Below the pieces are notes generated by a model, which saw only the letters and a program-made list of their open reading frames with translations, was not told where the DNA came from and did not search any database. Position numbers and translations under genes: made by a program. Of a DNA stretch of 64,000 nt, positions 27,436 through 41,900 are shown piece after piece. The stretch's first letter is position 1. Each line of letters begins with the position of its first letter. The DNA is from Epiperipatus broadwayi. Taxonomy: Eukaryota > Animalia > Onychophora. Where the stretch lies: the NCBI GenBank assembly GCA_028023455.1, contig JAQFVV010000005.1, forward strand, positions 124,001 to 188,000, in the 5' to 3' direction.

Positions 27436-28212
27436 ACCAATAAACATCACATGACCACCTCCTCTTATGCTTGTGTATAACTTGTTAAAACAGGAAAAAC
27501 TCACTATATATATTGCCATCCACAGCAAGCTAGAGCAGTGGTCTTCAACCTTTTCACACCTGCGGACCGGTAAAAATAAGAATAAGGTTCCGTGGACCAG
27601 CAAAAATAACGATAAGATTTCGCAGACAGGCAGAAATCTATAGATAAAATTTCTTAAAGATAAGCATAATTGTTATAACTGATCAAAACAACAATGTTAA
27701 ATATATAAGATAAAGTTTTATATATATATGGAGTTTATATAATAAACAACTTTTTTTAAATTTTTTTTAGAAAAGTAATAAAAAATTTAATTCTACCCCC
27801 CCCCCCCATAAACATCTGTGATAACTAGAAAAACAAATTAATTTATGAACGATTGATTAGATTTTGTTTTCATTCTGTTTTCTTTTTTTTTTAATTGGGT
27901 AAAAATGAGATGAAAAAATAAATAAAAATTGGCTATATTAATTAAAAGTTTAAACTCTTATTATTTATTATTACAAACTTTTTACTGCCCGTCTAGCACG
28001 TGGACCTGCAGAAAAGTTCCGCGGCCCGGTGTGGACCAAGGGTTGAAGAACTCTGAGCTAGAGTAATCAATGGAGGCCATAAGCCAGAAACTAGTCTGGG
28101 AATATTGGATGAGTAGGCACTAGATGGGGATTTTATGCACAAGTCTTCTAGCATCCATTGATTACTATAGCTTGATGTGTGTGGCAAAATATATAGTGAG
28201 TTTACCTGTTTT
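27436..28212. mobile_element. Family C fold-back with 12-bp TSD, interrupted by a hAT MITE
   Basis: TSD aatcttgtttga (27424-27435, 28213-28224); partial HHR gaggccataagccaGAAACTAGTCtggga at 28073-28101. Confidence 0.8.
27536..28055. mobile_element. hAT-superfamily MITE (520 bp)
   Basis: 15-bp TIRs CAGTGGTCTTCAACC / GGTTGAAGAACTCTG; 8-bp TSD agctagag (27528-27535, 28056-28063). Confidence 0.9.
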
Positions 28213-29192
28213 AATCTTGTTTGAGCCTTAAACAGTAAGTTTCCTTGCTATTATTGTAAATTAACTCACACTCATAAATAGAATTGCTCTTCTGATTGTA
28301 CCTGGCATCTAAAAATAAAAACTAAATTGTAGATTCATTATCATTAAAATGCAATATTGCAATGCAATATTATGGTGAACCTTAGAAGTAGACCTGACCC
28401 AGCACCACTTCAGATTTATTGTAGATTATGCAGTTTAGTGATCACATTATCAGTTAGAATTTTTGTCATAATGAACTGTATAAGGGTTAATCAAAGAAAA
28501 AAAGCTTAAAAAATAATTTGTTAAAATTTTAGAGAGCTTTATAACTGCATTTACATATGTATTCATACTAATTTTATCAGTTATCTTTGATTATTGGTCA
28601 ACAAAGCTATAAGTACATCATTAAAAATGGTCAGAATTGTTCATGATATTTATTGTGACTGAATCATGTCCTTTGAAAGTTGAATAGTAAAGAGCAGAAT
28701 ATAAAGGGAAATGTATAAGTGGACACAATCAGATGATTGACTTGTCACTAGAAAAAGTGATGATCAAATTGAAATTTTATATTTGGTCTTAGATGAAATG
28801 ATGAAAGAGACAGGTGACTGTCCAAGAGATGAATTGGTCCCATGTTTATGATAATGAATTTCACCAAAGAGTTGAAAAGCTGGGTCTTTGTGATAGAATA
28901 TGATTCATATGACCATTAAGAATTCACTTTGCAAACAGATAAATCACAAATCCAATAACATTTAATGAATAATTTAACTTAATTTTTAAGTGATCTCTAT
29001 CTTCACTGACAATAATTTATGCAAACACTGGATGCTAGATGAACATTACTGTGTAATTGATTAGATAGCTAGTAAGTTAATCTTAAACTGAGTTCAGAAT
29101 TCTAGGATTTTGAAACTTTGAAGTCATTAGCTTTGATACAATGTAGTATATGTGAATGACCTTTCTAGTATTCATTTATTGAATTACTGCTT

Positions 29193-29339
29193 GCTGTTTA
29201 TGTCTTTGAATAAAAACAGGATTTATGCTGTTTATGTCTTTGAATAAAAACAGGATTTATGCTGTTTATATCTTTGAATAAAAACAGGATTTATACTGTT
29301 TATGTCTTTGAATAAAAACAGGATTTATGCTGTTTATGT
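29193..29339. repeat. 34-bp minisatellite, about 4.3 copies
   Basis: Unit gctgtttatgtctttgaataaaaacaggatttat starts at 29193, 29227, 29261, 29295 and 29329. Confidence 0.95.
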
Positions 29340-30633
29340 ATCATGAAAGCAATGATTTGATTGGAGTTAAAAAAAATATAATAATCCAAAAAAATATTGA
29401 GGGTTAAGTATACATAAACGAAAGGATTGATCGGTGTTAGTAGCATGTGATTTAGATTTATTTAGGTTTACCCTTGTTCAACCTTTTCTAGAGTATTTTG
29501 GAAGCAGTGATCATTTTATTCCATAACCTTTTATTGTAAACATATTGGCTAAATCTTACCATCAAGCTAATATATTGAGATTTAAATATCATAAGATTTT
29601 GAATCCAGTTCAATTATATTAATGATCTCTATTATGTGTTGACTATAATCATATTTAATACTTTGATGAAAAAATCATATATTTCAACACATCATACAAT
29701 TCTTCCAACATAATTTCAACATTTTTATTAATAGCAATAATCTAATTTACTTTCCTTAATCCAGAGCCATCTGTTGTAAGCTTGAAGGATTATTGTGACT
29801 TATTTTATCTTGCTTAAATAATTGAATTAGTTACTAAGGAGATTGTGCGACAGTTGGATATCAAAAATACTAAATTGAATTTCAAGAACTTGTAGCTTGT
29901 CAGTTTTTCATTCCACCACAGTGCTAAAAGTGTTTAGTGGATTGTTTCTTATTGGTGAAAATAAATATACAGTAACTAGGCTGGGTATTTGAATGTGGTG
30001 ATGTTTCTCTATTAATTATTCAAATAAGAGAATCACAGTTTGTATAGCATTGTAATTTGATAACTCAGGACATCTGGTGGCATGAAATTGAAACATTTTA
30101 ATATTTTTGTCTGTTCATACAAAACAGTTAAGTTCAATGATAACAAATTTACAAAGTAATTGCTCCTTTTATTTTTTCAAAAATGACATATAACAACTTT
30201 CTTTAATGTATGGGTAAACCAAACTGTCACTTTTTTGGCAAGATGAATCTCTTATTTTCTCCATAGTTGGATTTAATTATTAGTAAGGATTTTCTGCTTT
30301 TGTAATTTCTAGGTATGATATGAAGTATGTCTGCATGTATATTTTTCTTTACAACTTTGTATACACATATAAATCTCCCTAGTGAGATTTTAGAGAATGA
30401 AATATATTGTTTGTTTATCATTTGCTATCAGTCCTTTTTCATGTTGAACAGTCATGGACAGCAAGCTCAATTACGCCACAGATAATGAAGACCTACTAAA
30501 AAAAGTTTATTTGATGAGTTCAGTAGAGGGTGAAATGTATCTGATGTTTCTTAGTTGCTATCAAGTGTAAATTGTTATCAATGGAATTAACATTCACAGT
30601 GAGTACCATAGATAATGAAGCTATCATTTACTA

Positions 30634-30747
30634 TTTTTTTTTTTTTCAAATGTCATAGCATCGGCTGGGACACGAACCCACACCCGTCTGCAACCAACTA
30701 CTTGCTTGCAAGGTGGGTGCAATGACCTCTCAGCTAACAACACTTGA
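30634..30747 (-). mobile_element. tRNA-derived short SINE, copy 5
   Basis: Same family, diverged; 13-bp TSD ctatcatttacta (30621-30633, 30748-30760). Confidence 0.8.
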
Positions 30748-32089
30748 CTATCATTTACTAATTGTATGTGTAAGCTAAATTCTCATGACAGATTAAATAA
30801 TTAGGTAACAGAGTAGAATAATAAAGGCAATAACATTTGATGTATCATCATTATAACAATCTACAATTGCTTATTTTCTTAACTAATTTTTTCTATTATC
30901 TCTTTATTTTAAATTTACATAATCTTTAACGAACCTTCCTTTATCTCAATAAGATATTCACTTGTTAGATGTTAATGGTGTGATCACGTGGAAATATACA
31001 TACATCTTATTTTCCATATTTAAATATTTAAGACTGTCTCCACCTATAGATTTGCTTGCCAGTCTGTTTTTTTATTATATATATATACTGTTCGTGTTTC
31101 ATTGCTATCATTTAGCCGTATATAGAAATAGAATATTGTTCCCAATTTAAGTTCATCCACATTTCAAAATTTTGCCACAGTGGTCTACATCTAGTTTCTT
31201 AAATATTTTAAAATTTCATACACATCTTTATAACTCTACATATCTCTCACAATATTTTTGATGATAATATGATTATCTTTAGATGAAGTCAGCTATTCTA
31301 TATGTCTGTCCATTTGCCTTAGTTGAACATTCCTTTTCTCTAATAGGTAATTAAAATTTTTTGATACAAAATTAAAAAAAGAAACAACTTTTTAAATATA
31401 TATCTTAATATTTTTTAAATATATGTAAAACAAAAGGGCTACAAATCAGAGGAGTGATATGCATTGCCTTAGTTACACCACTCCCTCTAATATCTTTATA
31501 ATGATAGTAAGTTGCATCTAATTTTCCTCAATTATTAGCTCTTTCTGATTAATGATTACCAAGTCTTTCTATCAATACTGATATATTTCCTAGTCCATGT
31601 TAATAACTCCTATTTTTTCAATTCTTATATCCCCCCCCCCTTTCATTTCCTTGTTGTCGTTATTAAAGCTTAAAAAAAAAAAATCAGTCTTCATTTCTAT
31701 CATTTTTATATTAATCCTATTTCATTTGTAACTTTTCCTGTTTCTCTTTCGATATCCTACTTTTCGTAATCTCATTTCCCTATGTAAATAAGCTATATTT
31801 ATAATTCATATTCTTGTTCCATTCTTGCTTCATTTTCTCTGTAACTAAAGCATTTGAGTTTGCCCCAAATAACACCTGTGCTTCTTTTAGAGTTATATAT
31901 TCTTTTCTATTTTATATACCGGTATGTTTATTTTCATATAACTATTTATGTGTTTCATATATACATGTATCGGTATTTTGTGCAAAGATTTATTTTCCAA
32001 TATTTATCTACTATACTTCTCATTTATACATGCAGTACATATATCTTCCAATTTAACTTATAGTTGAAGTATTAGATTCTGGTTGTAAA

Positions 32090-33170
32090 AGTCCTAGTAT
32101 CGATTCCGGTTCCAGCACTACCGGCGTTCGAACTTCTTATAAACTCCTGAGTAATAAAGCCATTCAATTAAATATCTATTTAGAAATTTATCAAGTTTTA
32201 AAACTAATACATTTGCACCACTGTGTATATTAAATTCTATTTATGTGTATATATCTCGTTAACTTAATATCAAAACAAAAATTCATTACTATAATGCATA
32301 GCTTTTACCAAGTTTCTCCACCCTTATAATAACACGAAAAGCAATTGTTTTATTATTCCGCGCATTTCGATTTTAAATATCTCGCTTTTCCCAAATTACT
32401 ATATTTTACTAATTACATTTATAATCGAAATAAAACTGCCTTCGTTCACAATTTTTTCCCGTTGCATTTTTAAAAAAAAAAATATTGAAAAAGGATGTGA
32501 TTTTATAACATTTTAAACGTTATTTTCCTAGCTAATAAATGCTAATTTTTTTAGGAAATGCGCCGAGGGAGTATACATTATTATTTTTTCTTATCTTGTA
32601 AATAATAATTATGGAAATAATAAACGTGTTTTATCTCAGTCTAGTGTTTAAAGTTAATAAAAATTGTTAACGCTAGAATGATCGCTTTATTTAAAACAAG
32701 GTTCGGAATGTCATTAAGGGGAACTAGTCTTAAGAAAAGCAATAACAATTAAGGCTAATGACTACGTCATGGTGCAATATATTTATTTATAAATGTATAA
32801 CCTTCGCCATGAAGTCGACCGTATATGCATAAGTAGCATATTTAGAACATTTTGATTCCGTGATTGTTTCCTGGGATCGGTGAAAATTTGGTGAGGAAGG
32901 AAAATAAAGAGATGGACGAGTCGCCTCCTCAACCCCCTCCCCCAAATAGAAACTTCGCGTTTTTAAAATTATTTAAAAAATGAATTTAAAATATTGTGCG
33001 AAATATTTATTTAATCATTACATAACTGTCAAAAAATTAAATTTCAATTTTAAATATACAGTATACGCAATGCATATGGAAGAATCTGGAATTTAAATTC
33101 AGGAAATTATATATTTTCTAAAAGCAATATAATAAATAATCTTTCTTATTGCATTGCCAAACGTATATCA
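32090..33170. promoter_or_regulatory. CpG-retaining island, probable promoter/first-exon region
   Basis: Dense CpGs relative to flanks; short coding-like stretches on both strands; no recognisable product. Confidence 0.4.
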
Positions 33171-35696
33171 TATAATACTAAATCATCCATGCACTTTGCT
33201 ACTGTTACACAATGCTTTATTTACCACCCTAACAGTAGTAAAGTGCATGGTAGTTAGATGTTTTAAAGTTCAGAAATGCACCTGATAGATGTCATATCTC
33301 ACCTTACATCAAATAATGGACTATTCCAGATCCTTCTTATCTAGATCGGACTGAGCATTCATTGGCATGAACTTATGTGTTTACAGATAGATAACGCATA
33401 GCCAATGGCAAGAACAGGTCAATAGGCGATGATGCTCACTGAATCAGAATGTTTGCATTAAAAATGGGGATCTGGCAATAAATAGTCAGACTTTTTGAAG
33501 ATAGGATCAGCAAATTACTGTCAAACCTGAACTGCAGTAAGTATACACTTTTTCCAGAGAACTATTATCACAGAGCTGAAAGACCGAATCTCCATTCTCC
33601 AGACAATAGCTATGAAATCTTGACACAGTGAGGCAAATTCACATTCAGGATTAGAAACTGATAGAACCAAACATTGGCATGAGCCAAGCTGTCATAGTAT
33701 ATCTGTAAGTAACCTCATACCTACTCATGAGGTAGGCTGCCAAGATAAACTGGAAGTGGTACGTAAATCTGTAAAAGCACATGCAGACTCTTCCGTAGTT
33801 CACCTCAGAACTTTAAACTATACTGTGCCAACAGTGGTACTTGGAGTATAGTTATTGTAAATATATTGTAAATACGAGTCTATATTTGTATTCATGTTTC
33901 ATTAATCAATATATATTATAAAACATATTTACATGTTTGTATTTACATTCATTATATTTACATGAGTCTGTAATTATTACATCATGTATATAATCCAGAC
34001 AAAGCTCAGCAATAGATGTCCATTGTTAAGTCAGATAATCATATATTGTTGTTCAGTAATAGATTTTGATATACAGTAGTTGAAACTAGATATTTTAACC
34101 TTGTAGTTATATGATGAATTATTTCTATCATTTAGCATTGTTAAATGTCTTTGGAAAAATCATATTTAAACTTTCAAATCTATTCAATTGTTAATAATAG
34201 CACACAGATTAGTATATAAAATAACTGTTTGAATGATATTATTTTCTCTTCTTCAAGTATTTCTGGCCAAACCAGTGACAGTATTAGCATAGGAATCAAA
34301 CCAGATATTAGATTTGTGAATATTGAATTAAAGATGAAGCTCTAACCAACAAGACTATTTCCACTCATTAACCACTCATCAACTTTGTTGTTTTTTTTTA
34401 AATAAAAGAGAGAAATCAATAGAAGGATTCACATAGATAAATATATAAAACAATTTTAATGGCTGGTGTCATTGTCAGAATACTTTAATTCATTAGAACA
34501 TCACCTTAAATTTATTATTCATAAAACTAAAGCTCATAGATTCCCAGGCTATGGGAATATCATTGGTCAGGTCAGCATCCTTTGAAGTAGAGAGAATAAT
34601 ATCACTCAAAACATGTTATATTATAACTGGTGTGTGATACAATTGATTGTATTCTAAATGATGAAAATGTCACCATCACAAACTTTCAGACAAACATTTT
34701 CTGCAAAATAAATGGTATCTTCATATTGGAATATTAAAAAAAAAGGAGGAACAGATGGGGGAAAGAAACAAGGTCTATAAAATTTAACCATTTACTTTTA
34801 AACCTTCAGGTGAAAAAAAAAAAAAGCCTTTAATGGCTCACTTCAGGGCAAAGGCTTCTTGAGCAACCATGACAGAAAAGGAATGCTGAAGGAAAAGGCA
34901 GTAATCACTAGGCTTTTCAGTGTTTGATGAATGAGGATTTAACAGATTTTCTATTTTTGGTTTCACTCTCTAAGAGCTAATAAATAACAATTAGTTACCC
35001 ATTGGATAAATTATGAATTAAATTCCATGCCTGTTGAAAATATTCAAGTTTACTTATTCATAGCCTGCATACGTATGGTAGACAAGGTAATGCAATTGTA
35101 CCAAGATCCTGCGAATGATCACATATTTGCAAATTCAGTGCCTGGTTAATTTTTCAAGCGAAGTTACTTAGATTTGAAATAGCTACTGTATTTTGATTTC
35201 TGACTTAATTATTATTGCTTGTTTTAAACATGGAAGCTCTCATTCATTTGATTGTCATATGTAAACTCTTTCTATGAATAGTTACAGTAGGCTGTTTTGT
35301 GTCAATCTGCAAAACCATTGTTTAGAACAAGTATGTAGTTGCTGATGACATTGTAGTTTTTGCAGCAAATATTTCATCATTTCATTCTTAGTATTCTGAA
35401 ATACTTTTTTCTATTCTTATAGGTAAAACAACAAGCTCACTATTAGCCAAAAGTCTATACACTATTTTCATAGAGGAATAGTAAAAGAAAATACATTATT
35501 CAACAGGCATGCCAATTGCTGATCGATGAGGATTTAAGTGGTTCACAATTCTTTTACCCTCTAGATATTTTCCGACCAATATTGGATGATTAGTGATTAC
35601 AGTCCATTTGAAAAATTTTTTTTAAGTCTAGTAAAACTTGAAACAATTCAAACTTACCTGATAGGATTTGAACCCAGCTCAGATGTCATGGTTTAC

Positions 35697-35830
35697 AAAT
35701 TTGGTATCATTATGCCACAAATTTATCTGATCTGGATTCGAACCTGCTCATGAAATATACTATAAATTTGGTATCATTATACCACAAATTTATCTGATCT
35801 GGATTCGAACCTGCTCATAAAATATACTGT
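35697..35830 (-). repeat. 67-bp tandem duplication, each unit with a Pol III B box
   Basis: GGTTCGAATCC on the minus strand at 35734-35744 and 35801-35811; a degenerate third copy at 35664-35674. Confidence 0.75.
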
Positions 35831-37779
35831 TTTACCACAAGGCTTTTGTTTTTAGATATAATTTTATTTCACAGAAATGATCATGTTTTGATTATTTTGA
35901 TCATAAAAATCCTGACTGCCACAAAATACGAAGTGTATATACATATAGAATGCTATGATGTCATTACATTATCTTTCCAAGCTTTGTGATTTGGTATTTC
36001 AGTAAAAGAAATGAATAGTTAGCGGTTTGGAAGTCATGTGATGCTGGAAGATTATGTGATTGTTCAAGTATTGGAAATGACAGATTGAGCTTCATGTCAA
36101 AATCTTTAGCTCTCAGGACAATGATTCACACAATGGTAAAGCATTCAAGGCTTTAGCTTTAATATTAATAGTTAAATGATACTTGGGAATTCATATGGCA
36201 TACAAGCACCAAAGGGTTATATAATTTGGAGCTTTAATCAAGTTACTTTTAGCTCTGGAGTTTATCATGTTGCCTCTGTGCTAAAATTTACTGGGCAACT
36301 TTGATTTATCCCTTTCAATAAAGCCATTTACTATCTTCTTTTCTTTTATTAGATTGTTTGCACCATATGTCCATGTTATCCCAATTCAGTTTTCTTTTCA
36401 TTCTTTGTTTATCCTCCCCCCTGAAATGGTCCAATATTTCTACTAAATTTAATGAACTTCAAGACAAAATTTAAATACAAAAATTTATAAATGAGAATAT
36501 CAAATATTTGGATTGTCAGTTAGTAAAAGAAAATGGAGATTAAAATTCATTTTTTTTTTAAGAACAGAATATTAATAATAATTCACATTGAGTTATTTAT
36601 TTCTTCTGTCAGTGATCCTCAGATTGGTAACCTTTAGTTGATTAGGAAGAAATGTGATGAAATTTACTAAAGATGGCCAAACAACCTATATGTAGCATGT
36701 CTTTGATGTTAAATGATCTAATGGAGACATTATTTTGTCCATCAGTTTATAATTTCATTAGATGTCAGTTCATATAGTGTGGATAAATATTAGATCACAC
36801 GGCATTGCGATTTATCATTATAGTTCCTGTTAATTTACCAGAGTTTTGTTAGAAAAATCTCAATCATCTGAAAGCTGATTAAGAAATTTTTAATGTTTGA
36901 AATTTTGTGATTGAGTAGAAACAAGACATTTGTAGTAAACATGATATTTGGCAATTGATCACATAGTGATAAATCAATGTTATCTGCTAAAGACCTACGA
37001 ACTGAATGTCATAAATGTAGTGAGTCCATTATATACAATCCTAGCATATTATCTTTCTAGGAACTCAGTGGACAGGCTTTAATACTTTAATTCATATGTT
37101 ATGCATTATACAATTATGTTATATATCCATTTATATTTATGATTATGGATATATAAGTAAAAGGTAAAAAAGCATTAAATAGCCCATTACAGAGTAATGG
37201 CCTCTTCATTATCCCCACAATGGAACAGTGAGAGCAATATTACCGATCAGTCTTGTCATCTGGTAGATAGTCCTATCCTTGTTTATCCTTAAGCAACTAA
37301 TAGATAGATGTCCATTAAGATCAATAATTGGGTTTTATTTTAAATATAGGTAAACTAACCTAGTCATCTGAGTTCCACCTGTGCTAAACATTGATGCATG
37401 GTAGGTATTCCAAGACTACCAAAATAGACACAAGACTAATTAGTTTTATCTGACATGTAATTTAAAGGTTCTAAGGCAAGTCTTCTATATGATTCAATAA
37501 CCCTTTTTATAAGGTAATCAAAATACCCAACAATCACATCAGATTTCTAAAGCCATAATTTATCCATGCATAGCTACAGGAATTTATAATATAAGGAGAG
37601 GGATAGTTCTAGTAATCTCACTGTTAGATTAAACGATATCAAAACATTTGACAATTGTTAATGATACATTGATCATTGTTTTTCTCTAATTGTTACATTT
37701 TGATTTATAAGTATCAAATTCACTTCTCCCATAACTTTGTCACCATTCACTTTAAATAAATATTGTGATGACTATCACT

Positions 37780-38290
37780 AATCTTCTACTAAACTAGAGA
37801 TTGTTTCTAGAATAAATATAAATTTTAAACTTCAATTAAAGATTAATATATCTGATTTTTAAAAAATTAATCCCAAACACACATTGAGTTATTCACATTA
37901 TTTTTTCCATGTGTAATATCTTTACAAATACATTAAATAACTCTATAGTCCACACTTACACAAATTTTTTTAAAAGATACAATAAAAGACAAATGACCCC
38001 AAGATGCATTTCATGCTGAACCAGCAATCATCAGTTGGTGCAAGTCACCATCTATTGTATATATCTCCATTATATGAATAGCATTTATCAATAGTAAATT
38101 GTTACATTTTGATTTAAAAGTGTCAAACTCATTTCTCCCACAAATTTGACACCTCCATTTCAGATAAATGGAGTAATGACTATCCTTAATCATTTACTAA
38201 ACGAGATTGTCTCAGATTAATGTATCTGAATTTTTAAAAATTAAACACACACCCATTCTGGGTTATTCACATTTTTCTTTTCTAATACAA
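37780..38290 (-). mobile_element. Family A2 copy with terminal redundancy (just over one unit)
   Basis: Similar to 291-950; the segment at 37780-37900 recurs at 38190-38290. Confidence 0.75.
37999..38038 (-). ncRNA. Type I hammerhead motif, family A2 (well preserved)
   Basis: CCAA CTGATGA TTGCTG-GTT-CAGCAT GAA ATGCAT C TTGG; full core, 5-bp stem II, palindromic helix III, AUC site. Confidence 0.8.
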
Positions 38291-38789
38291 TATATATGTA
38301 TAATAAATCTGATGTTTAATCTATATTTATTATACCAAGCTTCAGTGTGTCCATTATTCTAAATAGCATATATTCTAGTTTTAAAAAATAAAGTTTACTA
38401 CCAGCTAATTTACATATAATCATTAATTTGCATTTGATTTCATCCATCTTTTCATAATTTGTATATTCTCATCTAATCCAACTGTGTATTCATTAGATTA
38501 TGCACTATAATATTTTATTATTATAATATGGATAATAGTCAAATTCTGGATTGTGAACTATGACAATAGAAGTTACTTAAATGTCTCATTCATAATAATA
38601 TATAGCTATAGAAAGTATTACTTACCTAATTAGTTACTGTATTATTTGTAAAATATGCTTTTTAAATATTTTTTTTCTCTTCAAATTTCAATGTTCAAAA
38701 TAAAAACATCATGAAGAACACAGTTTTTATTATAATACAGTGCATGTTTTTACAAAATTGACTTATCTTGTTTACTCACAATTAGTAGG

Positions 38790-38912
38790 GTTAAAACAGG
38801 CAGAACTCTCCATACGGAAGTGCCATTCAGTGCCAGCCAGAGTAATCAATGAATGCCAGAAGGCTTGTGCATAAAATACCCATCCAAGCATAAGAAATGG
38901 TGATCATGTGAT
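38790..38912. mobile_element. Family C inverted composite
   Basis: Flanked by aattagtagg / aattagcagg (38780-38789, 38913-38922). Confidence 0.7.
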
Positions 38913-41900
38913 AATTAGCAGGATTCTGGAATTTTCTACACAACATTTAGTTGAATACAAACTTCCCTTTTTAGAAAAAAATGTAATTACATGTGTTGAT
39001 AATTGTACATTTACTATAATTTGGTTGTATTTTAAATAGATATTTGATATAATTTATTAATTAGCATAGTAAATATTATGATAGTGTTCTATTTAACAAA
39101 TCTATTCCCCATTCCATGATCTGATATTCTACTCTGATCATAAACAGACTTACGATTTTTTTTTTTGGAAGTTACTAGCAAACTTAATCATTTAGTAGTG
39201 ATCAGTGAGTAGATATCTAACTCATTCTTAGCTAGGATATATGGATTGATCAGATGAGTGTTAATACATTTGACTTCAAAATCAGAGTATATAACTGCAA
39301 TATGACATAGTCTTCCAGTTCTCTTTACCCTACACTAGAAACCATTTTTATATGCTTGAGAAAATAGTGGACACATTCTGATATAGATCTGGTTTCTGGT
39401 TTTTATCTTTGTCAATTAGGACCAGAGTTTAAAGTTGAAACTAATGCATTATCAGTTAGCATTTAGTTTTTTTATGCTATTCAAATTTATAACTTTAAAC
39501 CCTAAGGTTTGAACCAAGCCAATTTACTTGCATAGTTATGTAGATCTAATATCAGTTTAGTTTCTATATATGTGGCAAGGAATTTATGCCATTACATTAT
39601 CTTATGTTCAAAGTTGTGAGTAGATTAAAGAGAGATGCTCTTGAAAGCATGTGACAAAAAATATATGATACTGTCATTGATATTAATCTTCTTAACCAAA
39701 GGATAAAAGGGACTGCAATTATTATAAAGTAATTTAGGTCACATTTATATAACTGTGTAGGGAAGTTGGCTTGGATTAAAATCTGTTTTTTTGAATTTTA
39801 ATCTATTACTTTGAGTAGTGTGAATGAGTAAAAGATGAATGTCAGAAGTACCAATGCATTAGTTTCATATTTGAATCTGGGCTTCACTAACAAAGGCAAA
39901 ATCCAGAAACTATGCACTATTGTAGTGCAATATTATCTAGTGTCCATTAATTAGTTCGAGATTTCAATATATGATTGTAGAGTTAAGTGAAAAGATTTGT
40001 TCTTGGTAGCCTCAAAGTATGTAGGAAAATCATGTGGTTTGTTGTAATACATTTAATTGTATATTGGTACTAGATTTGAAAAAGAATTTCACTTAGCAAA
40101 TGATTGTGATTAGGCAGCTCTATGTAGAAATCATCATCAACATGGAAAGACAGAAAAAGGTCAAAAATAGGTTAAAAAACAAAATTAGATGAAAATGTCA
40201 TCCCTAGCATATTGCTCATCTAATCGATAATAATACTTTCTAATTTATTAATAACAGTAATGATGACAATGTATAAAGTAATGATAGTAATTAACATTAT
40301 ATGGAGGCTCTTCAAAACCCAAATGTTGGACAGCATTATATTTAAAACAATGTCAGGTTTTAAGATTGATGTAGTTCCTTTTAATAAAACCGTGTCTTTC
40401 AGCTGAAGACAGTTTAATTAAACAGGTAGATTGCTATAAAAATGTTTTTGGAAAAGCCTTTAATTGGGTGAGAGCACACTGCATTCTGACTATCATCTGT
40501 ATTTAGAATTTGTAGATATATTCATGAAAGGCTAATGATGTTAAAAATTACTTTAATATATTAGCACCTGTGCCCATTTTATTAATGATTGTTGTTTGAT
40601 AATGCATTACATCAATATCAATAAAATATTATTTTTTCCACTTGGAGACATTATTGCCTATGTTGGTAGAACAGAAAAGTAAAGTTCCAATTTATTTGAA
40701 GTAATGGTATTGATTCTCTAAACTTATATGATATGCTGTTATTAAATTTTTGGACAGCACATAGATTGATCAATGCAAATGATTAGTTTAGGCAGCAAAA
40801 TAGTTACAAAAGTCACTGCATGCATCCACAGTCAAAATAATAATATCCTTAATGTAAATATATTTCTAACTTGTGTTTGAGAATTGAGAGGTGTCATTAT
40901 TCCATCTTATTGGCTGTCACATTAGCATGTTTAAGGCATATCTGTTGAAGGCTTTAGCTTTCACGTTATTACAATATCCTTAATGTTAAAAGTTATCTTT
41001 ACCTATTCTAAGAGTCATCTACTGGAAATCTGAATCAGTGAAAATTAGGATTCAAAGCTGGAACTAATACACTGATGCATCTAGCAGTTATGTTTTTTAA
41101 TATTCAAACTAGTATCATGAAATTTTAAAAAGAACTTAAGGTTTTAAATTTAAGTTAACTTACTTGCATATTTAAATAGATCTGATACTCAGTTTTTATA
41201 TATTTTAGTTATATTTTATACCAACTTGTACCATCTGGTGCCCTTGGGTTGATTATTCAAGTTGATATTAGATGGCTCTAGATTAGAATGAAGATAATTA
41301 CTATTGGAAGCATATGAGAAAGTCATGAGGTATTATTGTTGGTATTAACTTTCCTAATCAAAAGGTAGAATGGGCTAACAGTTGTCATTAAAAATATAAA
41401 TTGTCCTAATACTGTATTTATATATAACTATGCAAGCAAATTAATGTGGCCATAATACCTTAGAATTTGCTTTAAGTTTCAGGATATAGTTTGAATTGTG
41501 TAAAGTAGTAAAAGATGGCTGTTAGATGTGGAGGTCATTAATTCCAGATTTGAATTCTAATCTTTATGAACAAAGGTAGATGCTAGAAACTGGTCAGGAG
41601 ATGGAAATTTTTTAGCACTATATCATGTTCTATCCATTGATTATTCAATTTTTCAGTAAATGGTTCTATAATAGGTTGAAATTAACTAACTGCCATGGAA
41701 GCATATGATCATATGACTCATATAATAATATTATAGTTAGTTCTAAAAGAAGTCATGTATAATTATATATAAACACAGATAGTTGAATAGATGAAAATTA
41801 GTATACTCCAAAATTAGAGTGGCATTACCAATTAAAATAGGCTGTATCAAATGGATTATTAGAAAAATTGATGTTTGTTCTTTAGAAGGTAACATTACTC

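Noticed and set aside
29193-29339. CRISPR-like array
   Set aside because: Units are contiguous with no spacers, in a eukaryotic context with no cas genes.
30313-30324. AG|G TAT GAT as EFHD2 exon 2
   Set aside because: Phase fits, but the following sequence does not encode the EF-hand motif.
25417-30560. Exon-like stretches at 25450-25700, 29830-29890 and 30450-30560
   Set aside because: Open on both strands, no homology recognised, and no consistent phase chain could be built.
33200-33850. Balanced-composition block, possibly an LTR-element remnant
   Set aside because: No diagnostic protein motif, PBS or paired LTR found.
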